Notes under the pieces: model-generated
What the model was told of the DNA's origin: nothing
Database searches by the model: none
What the model saw: only the letters and a program-made list of their open reading frames with translations
Program-made: the position numbers and the translations under genes
From: Azolla caroliniana
Taxonomy: Eukaryota > Plantae > Polypodiophyta
Length of the DNA stretch: 64,000 bases
Direction: 5' to 3'
NCBI GenBank assembly: GCA_043228905.1
Contig: JBHGNT010000002.1
Location: 20,336,001 to 20,400,000 of the forward strand
Shown here: piece after piece, positions 51,255 to 61,344 of the stretch
How the letters are laid out: every line of letters begins with the position of its first letter
How positions within the stretch are numbered: the first letter of the stretch is position 1

Positions 51255-52330
51255 GTCCGCATCAACCATCTTGCCGCTTACTACCAAGGTCGTGTACACA
51301 TAACAACAAAATGAGTCTAGTGTGATTCTCATCCCCTCATGATCTTCACTCCTAAAAACAGACAAATTGCATCATTTACTCCACATCAACCATCTCGCCG
51401 AATACTACCAATGTCCTATGCAAATAACAACAAAATAAGTGAAAAATGATTCCTCATCCTCTCGTTGTGACAAACATGCTTCAAACCCCATTGCCATCAT
51501 CCCACAACCTATGAGAACCATAATATCTTCTTAACTAAGCCCATATCTAGAGCATCTCGTTGACCCTCTTGCCATCACACCGATTACCGTGATCTTGTAC
51601 TAACAACCAAAAATTAGTGAAAAAAAATTCCTCACCTTCTCATAATAATTTGCTTCAACTCCCACACCAACATCACTCATCCTGATCACAAAAAACATAA
51701 AAGCAGCTTCCTCGCATCCCCATCCACCATCTCGCTATCTCCGATTATCTCTGGATTCCTACCTATTACCGCTAAAATCCACCAAGGTCCTGTGCAAATA
51801 ACAAAAAATAAGTGAAAAATGTTTCCTCATCCCCGCATGATTTGCGACAACTCTCACACCATCACCACTCATCCTCTTGACATAACAAATATGCTTCAAT
51901 CCCCATCGCCATCATCCCTCAACCTATGACAACCATAACATCTTCATAAGTCAGCCCACATCTGAAGGAAGCATCTCGCTGACCTTCTTGCCATATCGTT
52001 GATTACCTCGAAAATCCTATACTAACAGCCAACAAATGAGTGGAAAGAAATTCCTCAACCTTCTCATAATAATCTGCTTCAACCCCCACACCAACATCAC
52101 TCATCCTAATCACAAAAACTGAAAACCAACTTCCTCATGTCCACATCCACCATCTCGCTGTCTCCGAATATCACAGGAATTCCGCCGAATACCGCTGAAA
52201 TCCTGTACTAACAGCCAAATTTGAGTCAAACAATTTTCCTACCTTCTTATACTACACTGCTTCAATCCCCACAACATCATCCCTCATCCTCAAGTCCACA
52301 TCCACCATCTGACTACTATCTTCGATTATC
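51255..52330. repeat. Degenerate tandem array (~6 units, ~420-bp higher-order period)
   Basis: Recurring blocks CATC(A/C)ACCATCTCGC, TACTAACA(A/G)CCAA, AGTGAAAAA..TTCCTCA, TGCTTCAA.CCCCA. Confidence 0.7.
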
Positions 52331-52399
52331 ATCAACACTTTGTACATTAAAAGAGCCTTCCTACATGCCACAGCCGCCTCCTCCATGTTGACTCATGTT

Positions 52400-54170
52400 G
52401 TGTGCAGTAAGAATGGTGTTGGTGGTGGGAACAACCAATGAGGTGGTACATAGTTCCACCTAACCTCAACGCCTACATCTAACATTATAGGAATAACTGA
52501 CCACACTCGTTGAGTTCTCCTTCTTTTTTGAATATAGATTTGTTTCTAGAACTATCATAATCACCTTTAACTGTATGTACTAATAAGTTCCAAAAAGAGT
52601 TTACCTGATCCACAACGTGAGTGTCTTTATCATTGTATAACTTAGAACACCTAGCTTTCCAAAGAACCCATAGAACCAACGAGGAGACAATCTGCCAAAC
52701 ATAACTCCTCGAGAAGAACTTGATTCCCTGCGAGGAGCTTGAAGTAAGAATATACCTAAAAACTTCGTACATGTAAAGACAAGGAAGAGTGATGATAATG
52801 ATAAAAAGCCCTTTGTTGATCCAACATTCCCCAGAAGACTACATCCCACGTGAAAATAGTCGATCTATACTTACGACCTAGAAGCCTAAGAATTCGACAC
52901 CAAAAACTTTTTGTGGCAACACATTCCCAAAATACATGATGCAATGTCTCTGCCACAAACCCACACATAATACATGACCGAATACTCACCGCGCCCCCCA
53001 ACAAATCACCTATTGGCAATGCATAATGAATCATCAACCACCGAAAATGCAATATCTTATTCATGCATTTAATTGACCAAAACTGTTTCCAAAACATCAC
53101 CATATGAGAAGATGAGACATTACCTTCCTCCCAATACTTTTTTCCAGCAGGTATCAACTCGGTCTGCTTCAACATAAAATTCTTCCCAAACCGAATATGT
53201 GAAAAAAGGGAGGACCCTAGTTGAAGAGTCAAACATGGACAATTTCCAACCATAATCCGATGGATCCCACTACAAGTCGTCAATTGGCCTAGAGTCTAAC
53301 ACCCAAATATGAGATGAGAAATTAGCAATTAGTGGACTAGGATCGATATATATATTTTTATCTAATCTAGCAATTACTCGCACTGACAACTGCTTCGTAG
53401 CGGACATGGTTGGAGACTCCTCATCCACTAGTATCAACCTACCATTGTCCAGAACTTCATAAAAATGGAGGTTGTCATTTTGATGATATAACCGAGCTCC
53501 TATGAGTACCATACCAACTCTAAAAATGATCGAATTGCAATGTTGGCACTGTGACGTGATACACCGTGGACAATTGCAATAACATGATCTTAGCCCCTCT
53601 TAAGTTAGATAACCTATTCCTTTGATCCTGAACAGAAGACTGCATAAACTTTATCCAATCCGCAACCATACGAGTTGGGTCACTGTCCATTGCAACCCAT
53701 GATAACCTAGGGTGTAAACCCAAAACACATGCAACTTCATCAGTAAATAAAGGATTCCATATCAATGGTTGACACATAAATTGATGATAGCTTTTCGGTG
53801 GCAAGAAAAAAGTGCTTGCCGAAGGCTTTCCCATGCCCGAAAAATTCCATTGAAGAAACGTAACAATCCAACATTGGACTTAGGTAGCTGAAAATCTGCA
53901 TTAAAAACCCATCTAAGACTATCATTCCATTGACCACCTACAGAAGGCTTGACCTTATGTAAATGTTGAATCCAAAGCTTTTTCCATAACTCCTCTCTTG
54001 GCAATAAACTCCTAACAACATGTTTAGTAAGTAAGGCTTTACTTTGCATAAATGGGTCAATCAAACCCAAACCTCCTTTTTGTTTACATTGTATCAGAAA
54101 AGACCAAGCTACCTTTGCTACAGACTTTTCTGACCTATTGATCCCCCAAATAAAATTTCGTACTAAATGT
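52400..54170 (-). mobile_element. L1-clade LINE ORF2 C-terminal fragment (post-RT region and zf-RVT)
   Basis: RNFIWG...VAWSFLIQCKQKGGLGL; FWKQFW...FRWLMIHYALP...CIMCGFVAETLHHVFWEC. Confidence 0.8.
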
Positions 54171-56516
54171 TGTCGTGAAGTTGACACTTCACGATGTGAA
54201 AACAATTTCAAAAATCTATAGAAGTACATTTTCCATTTGGAGCTTATGACAAGGAGCATGAAGGAATTTTCAGTTCATGAATCGGAGTTCAGAAGCCAAA
54301 GATACAAGGTTCGGAAGGATTAATGTTACTTGGACAAAAATGTAATTATGTAAAAAGGGGGAGTCAAAATTAAATGAGGGCTATTTCTTTAATTTCTAAA
54401 ATATAGAACTATAAAATTGAATTGTAGCATGGATAAATAAATAAATAATAAATAAAGAAAAAAAAATTTAAATACAACCGCCTCAAGAGGGTGGTAGGGC
54501 GGTTGACCACCCTATATAAGCCACGCCTATGGTGGCTAAATAGGAGAGGGGGGAAAGGAGGAGAAGAGGAAGAAGAAGAGTAAAGGAGAGGGGTATGAGA
54601 TGCAGAGCTCGCAAAGAAGATGGTGGCCTACATAAATCAAGACAAGAATTAAAGAAAAAAAAGGAGATACAAGAAAAGGAAGAAGTTGAAGTGGTGTATT
54701 TCAAATGCCTCTTTGTAAGCAAAGGGTTGTGAGTTCAAATCCTCTTTAAATAACTTATTTTGGTAATCAAATTTTGTAATATAAATTTAGTATATATAAA
54801 GTGAAAGAGAAAGACAAATAAATAGAAACCAAAGAGATTGAAGTGGTCTATCTCAACTACTTCTTCTCAAATAGAGTTTGCGAGTTCAAGTCTTGCCAAG
54901 TAACTTTTGGCAAATAAATATTGTAAGTGGTTGTTTTACACATAAAATTCTTTTCGCGACAACGTCGCATCTATCTTGCCTTCTCGGCTTCTTGTCATCG
55001 CACCATCTGCGATTATGCGTTTTCACACCGATCATCCCCGAGTCACAGAACCCCGGCGGTTGCGACACACAACCACAATATTCTCGACACAAATTTGGTG
55101 AACCTGATGTGAAGTGTCGTCGACAAGGGGAGTTTCAGAGTTAAAGTTTTCCAAAGAGAAGGTCGGAAAATTAAAGAAAATGGCGGATAACGGTGCCAAC
55201 ACAGAGATGACAAACAAGGGCTTCAATGAAGAGATGGCAAGTTTCATGATGACGATGATGAATCAGATGCTTCAAGAACAAAGTGTGATGAACCGGATGG
55301 AAAGTGAGTTAACACTCATTGTAGAAACGGTCATCGAAAGGATAAGCAAATTTAATGGCGAGGACATCACTCGGTTCCTTGAGGTCTAGGAATACGAGAT
55401 GGCCAATAGAGGGGCAACCGGGGTACAAATGGTGTCACATATCAACCGGGTTTGCACACTTGATGTCCGAGCGAGGGTAATGGAATTATCAGAGAGATTC
55501 CGTGAAGATTGGGCCGGGTTCTGTCAAGCATTGCTTGATGAATACATGCATGCTAGACGACCAGACCCGAATGTCAAAGAAGAGCTTTCTCAAATGGACC
55601 GAGAAAGGGGATAAAGGACTCTCAATTTCAAAATTGCTGAGAGAGTTTGAGAAAAGATATAATGAACTTTCGGTAAGAGACCGAGAACTACTATAATCAG
55701 AGAAGGTGGATTTATTCGTCCGAGCGGCAAATAAATCTTTTAGAAAAAATATCACCATCCTTCTTGAAGACCGGACAAGCACAACCGGTTTGGTGTCCAA
55801 TTGGGCAGAAGTTCTCGAGGCTTGTCGAGTACTAAGAAGGAGGGCGCTAAGGATGGAGGATGGCTATGACAATAGAATAAAGACAACAGCCAGAGAACAT
55901 CCAAAACAAGAATGAAGAACTCGAACGGATGATAGCAAAGGAAAGGAACGAGAATCTGCGATTGATGAACTGATAAAGGGAATGCGGGATCTACAACTCA
56001 AGTTCACAAAACTTGAGAAGGGTGAAAGCTCGGGTGTTCATCAAAAACACAATGAAGGAGAAAAGGGTGAATTCGTCCGCCGATGCATATGGTGCGATAG
56101 CACGGAGCACCAAAAAAGGGATTGTCAAAGCCATAAGGAAGCATTAGAAAGAAATCTTATCTTCTATCAAAATGGGAGAATCCACTCCTCGGAGCCTCGA
56201 AAACCCCTAAAAACCAGCTTCAGCAAAGGTGGGATGAAGAAAGTGATGGAGGACGAAGAGTCAAAGAATGTTCAGGCAATGTACTTTTTGACTACTTCTG
56301 GATTGAAGGTCGATGATCCCTAGAATGGATCAGGATTCTGGGGAAAAGTGATAAAGTCCGCTACTGACAAAAGAGTCCAGCCACAGGACTTATGAAAGGC
56401 TGGTGACGAGATAAGGAGTAGTGCTAGGTGGAATGACCTAGTAGATTCACTCACTACGATCACCAAGATAACAAGGGTGAATGCCCACGAGGTGATAGTC
56501 GAAGAAAAACGAAGAA
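54171..56516 (+). mobile_element. Truncated tRNA-Trp-primed Gypsy: 5' LTR (54171-55089), PBS and gag pseudogene
   Basis: TGTCGTGAAG...CTCGACA; PBS TGGTGAACCTGATGTGAA 55096-55113; gag with RCIWCDSTEHQKRDC, colinear with ORF1 of the 2782 element. Confidence 0.85.
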
Positions 56517-57282
56517 CACTGGGTCATTTGAAACAGGTAATATGTGGTATTCTCTTTTGCCATAGTTGGTGAGATGCAGAAAAGTACCCTAATTTAGCAT
56601 AATTTCGAAAATGTACAATGCATGCGTACCTATTTTGCGAATGGATGGCGAAATATAGAACCAAATAGAATCCAAGCATTTGGTGAATTGTATACGTCTT
56701 GTTTTCGTGTCAATTTGTATATCCTAGAGTGCAATTGAATACTAGGTTGAATATTAAACATCTTTATTTGGTATCCATATTCAAATTGTAGAGTAAAACT
56801 AGATAAACCCTAAATGTCAATATGTGGTTTAGGGTTGAGGAAAAAAGTAGTCCCCCACTTTTTGGACGGGTATATCGATAGTTTCGTTGTATAATGTCAT
56901 ATAATCCATCACAATGTAATTGGTAAGAGTAACAATTGTGTACCACGTTCATTTATACTATTTGAAACCAATAGACTTGGAACGTAGCAAACTGAAAACC
57001 ATTTATTATCAAGAACATTCACAAGTTCATGTATATAATCATGCTAGGAGAAATGAGAAAGTATAATATCATGTTAATACCCCAAACTAGGGAAGAGCAT
57101 GGTGACCAATCATATGTATATACAAATTACAGTTCAAAAAATGATTAAAAAGTGAAATTATGAACGGGTGAATAAAATTAAACGTTAAATGATTACTTTT
57201 GTTCTCATATACAAAAACAATATCAAGTCAAAGTATACATTATGCCTCAAAAATACTTAAAGTATACATCATGCCATCTAAA

Positions 57283-60200
57283 TCAATCTATAAGCAAATC
57301 TGGCACACTAGGCTCTTCAAGCGCTGATTGTTCTAGACTATTCTCGTTTGTGTCATCTCCACGCTCTCCTGAATCTGATGTATGTTCAAATTGTGTTACA
57401 TCTTCTAGGTCCACAAGCTCCCCTGCTTCTTCATCAATAGGTTCCATTGGTTCTCGTGAAGTCATTTGGAACATCTCTGTCTCATTGATGTGCTTAGCTC
57501 CGACTTCTTGATCCTGATCTGGACAATCCCAAATTCCTGTGATCCTCATTTTGATGAAGTTAACTTATGCAGGGTCCTTCTCCAATGCAACACAATTTCG
57601 AAACATCTTCAATGCACAAGCTGTTGTAGTACCTAATGGCCACATGAACACGAACAAGTATATATAAGAATTAAAGTCTTAAACTTGATCGACAAAAATC
57701 AAAGTAAATATATTTTATATACATGTGCTAGAGAACAAGTCTAGGACCCAATCATCTGGATTCGAGAAGAGCTCTAGGAGGCGGTTGATCAATCTTTGAG
57801 GTTTTTGATAAGGATTCACCATACTCTTATCACCTGAAACATGCCTTAATTTGTTTGTGACAACTGGGCACATGATATAATTTACCACGTTACGCTTGTT
57901 GACATGTGCTCTAGCCTTCTTCTTTGTTATTGAATCATAGTAACCCACACAAAAATGTTCGACCGCACTAACCATTCGATCGCTAGGGCTATGTGTAATA
58001 TTTGTTTTAATCCTACAAAGAAATAAAATCATGTTTTAGAGGTATGAATGTCAACATATAATAACAAGTATCATAATGATTAAAAATAAACTGTGACACA
58101 CCAATGCATGTGTTCAGTGGCATGACAACATGACTTCAGAGCTGTTGTGACTAATAGTGATTGTGCCATCCTATGGAATATGATTATCCTCCACAAGGGG
58201 GCCAATGTCAGTTCGGTGAAATCCTTTACCATCTTCTCGATTTGGGGGTACTTGAAAGACACATCATCATATGTTGATCCCACAATTCGGAATCCATATG
58301 GTATGTCGGCTATCATGAAAGTGTAGTGCCTTCTCGGTAACAAATCAAGCATTTGTGATACTTCCCCATTAAATACACTATAATGTACTTGTTTATAAGG
58401 ATCAGACCTATGCAAAAAACTCTTCACAGTCTCCGAATCCTCAAGCAGTTCCATCTCTTTCCCTTTGGTCATTCTCTTCTCATACTTTCCATGTTCTAAG
58501 TGTGTGATAAAGGTAGCTAGAATACCATCATTATTGTCGTTGGTCTTTTTTTATTTCGATGGTTTCTGCAAATGTCAATGTTGTTAGGAGAGAACATTAG
58601 CTTTCAATGTATTAACATTCAAATGATACATACCCATTCTCTAAAAACAATAAAATATTCCTCCAATGCATTGTAGGAAGAAGTTATCGAGTAGGCTTGC
58701 TCCACTTCTTCCCATTTCGGTAAACTCAATTTTTGCATCATCAACTCCTGAATCTTCATGTATACCTTGTGACTATACAATAAATATGAAATTAAAAATT
58801 AAAAATCAATAATAATAGAAGAATATCCTGAAACATCGTATCCTATAAACCCTTACTTTTGCAATTCAGTAACCATCTCGTCCAAACTAAATTCCTTGGC
58901 AACAACTCAAGATAGCACCGATATTAATAGCCTATCATCTTTAATATCCTGTAATGACCTCCAAGGTAAAAGTTTCATGTCTTCTGCTAACTCCTCGATT
59001 ACCAAGTCGCTTTTGCCCTTTGACTTTGATTTGATCTCAACTTGTGGATCAATCCTTGCCTTCTTTGACCTTTGCCCTTTGACCTCTTTCTGCTCCCACA
59101 TGCTAAATACTTTTTCCTGGAGATCCCACACCTCTCCGGTCTGAAAGGCTAGTTGAAACCAGGAATCATATTTTCGTAGCCCTTCTGATTTTGTGCTCTC
59201 ATCCACTAAAATCCACACTTCTAGTAAACACTGGCGATGCAAACCAGGCCACAACCTTGGGCCAAAACGATTTAATGCATCTGGGTACTCATGATGAAAA
59301 CATCTGATCCTTTCAATGCATGACATCTTTTGCCTATAATCATTATCATTGTTATGGTCCCATGCTAGTAGCTTCGCCTCCTCGTGAGTGAGTCCTGCAT
59401 ATACTTTACATTTGGCGTACTTAAAGAAGGGGGTGAGAGGGTATTCTTTCACAAGCTATCTACGAGCTTCGGCCAAATGCGATCCTCTAATTACATAATA
59501 TGTGTAATCATCAGTAGAGCTATACTTGAAGTCTGCTACTGTTGGACATTGATCTTGATCGACCATTACTAAAAATGGCACGACAGTAGCATGAGGATTA
59601 ATTTTCATTTTGCTCTTCAAGTTTTGCACATGGACAACGTGCGGCTCTCTAATTTCTAGGGGACGTCTTCCAGTCAAGGGATCAATTGGAGGCCTCTAGA
59701 TTGAAGTAATTGGCAAATGAAACAGTTGCCCCTTACGCACAAGTTTTGTCTTAACAATATTTTCTCTTATTTTATTTTGTTCAGACGTCAATACACCGGA
59801 AGATAGTTGACCTCCCGGAGCCACAACGTCGACTTGGTGCGCTTCTTCTTCCTCCATGAATTCTAAAACCTCTTCATCTTCTTCATCGGGTCATGGTCGT
59901 TTGTTGTATTTCTTATGAACTAGATTTGTCTTTCTAGACTTTTTTGGTGGAGTTTGTGCTTCACCGCCCATCATTTCTCCTGTCACATACGGTCGTAGTG
60001 CAACTAATAAGTTGTTCATCGTTTGAATGTCTTTACGTAATGACTTGGGGTTGCAACATTCTGCTACTAGGTTTCCCTCATCAAGACGCAATTGTCTAGA
60101 GCCAATAGAGCTCGAGACATCGATTATAATACTCAAAGAATCACTATCTTCATATTCTAGCTTGGTTATATATCCATAGTTAAATGTTTTTCCAAGCTCC

Positions 60201-60494
60201 AATTTGCCTTTACCATCTGACTTAGCTATTATTAAGAGTAGCACCCCATCTTCCTCGACATAATAGAGACACCATTCTAACTCTAGGTAATTCTTATATT
60301 TAAGTTTAGATGTTTTCTCTTCCTGGGCCCCACCCTTGCTATTTTTGGTCGTTGCAACAAAAGACTTAGATGCTCCATCCCCCGTTGAGTCAAATAGAGT
60401 TCTTCTAGAGACATCTTTGACAAAAGAGTGAGAATCTCGCTTTGTTGGAGTGTGAATCTTTAGTTTAAACGAAGAAACTTTTTGACGAGAGTCA
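57283..60494 (-). pseudogene. Multi-exon ParB/Srx-like domain + beta-class N4C/N6A DNA methyltransferase fusion
   Basis: GT-AG introns 58773-58856, 58566-58633, 58013-58101, 57633-57722 join frames; motifs IADIPYG, HWIKTN, VEHF, NPYQKP..LI..LL..FS..DDWVLDLFSST(C)TTTACAL...RNCVALEKD; upstream YYVIRGSHLAEARR...CKVY..L..EEAKLLA..HN; premature stops; start codon not located. Confidence 0.78.
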
Positions 60495-60675
60495 CTGAAA
60501 TGAAGACAACATCCTATTTAGGTTAATTACGAACAAGACCATATTATTTGAACAAAAACGATGGAGAAAGCAATAAAGTAAAGAACAATTAAACACAAAA
60601 CACTAAACATTGTATAAAAATGATGAGAAAACTATGATGAGGGACATAAATTTTCTATCCGCAAAACCCTATTTT

Positions 60676-60859
60676 TTCAACCAAAATCCGATGCAGTGCA
60701 TCAAATTTTGGTTGACAGTCCCTCCTTTCAACCAAAATCCGATGCACTACATCAGATTGTGGTTGAATGTCCTCCTTTCAACCACAATCCGATGCAGTGC
60801 ATCGGATTTTAGTTGAAGGAGGGCTACAATCCGATGCAGTGCATCGGATTTTGGTTGAA
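60676..60859. repeat. Four tandem ~41-bp palindromes TTCAACCAAAATCCGATGCA-N-TGCATCGGATTTTGGTTGAA
   Basis: Copies at ~60676-60715, 60727-60767, 60777-60817, 60826-60859 (last partial), period ~50 bp. Confidence 0.9.
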
Positions 60860-61344
60860 TGCATTGATTGTGACATGACTTCTCCTGAACCATCTAGTGA
60901 AGTTTAAGTGCATTTTAATTCGATGGTGTGTTTTCTTAACAAAATATTTGGGGATTATTGCTTATTGTGAAAATGAATCTTTAAGGCATCTTTTAGAATC
61001 TTAAACAATGTAAAGAATATTGCTAACCTGGCGATCTTCTTTCCCTTGTTCATGATGCTTGAAATTAGTCTATGCTCTAAGCTCAATGGATTCTTGTCAC
61101 AATAATGAAAATGAAATTTGAAACTTCATTATATATAAATGTTTTTATTTAATAAAAATTAATTTTTAATTAATTTATTTGAAATTTCTCTTCCTAAAAA
61201 GTGTTATAGTGTAACCAATAACTCATGTCTAGTTCTAATAGTTATATAGTAAAGATTCAACGTTTCTTAATCTTTTCTATAGAGGAGTTCAGTATATAGC
61301 CCTTTGATGGTAGTGCCACAGGGTTTGTCTTGATAGTTTTGAGA

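Noticed and set aside
57283-60494. Bacterial contamination explaining the methyltransferase
   Set aside because: The gene has GT-AG introns with AT-rich composition and is contiguous with plant retroelements.
60676-60859. CRISPR-like appearance of regularly spaced palindromic repeats
   Set aside because: Spacers are only ~10 bp and similar to each other, there are no cas genes, and the context is eukaryotic.
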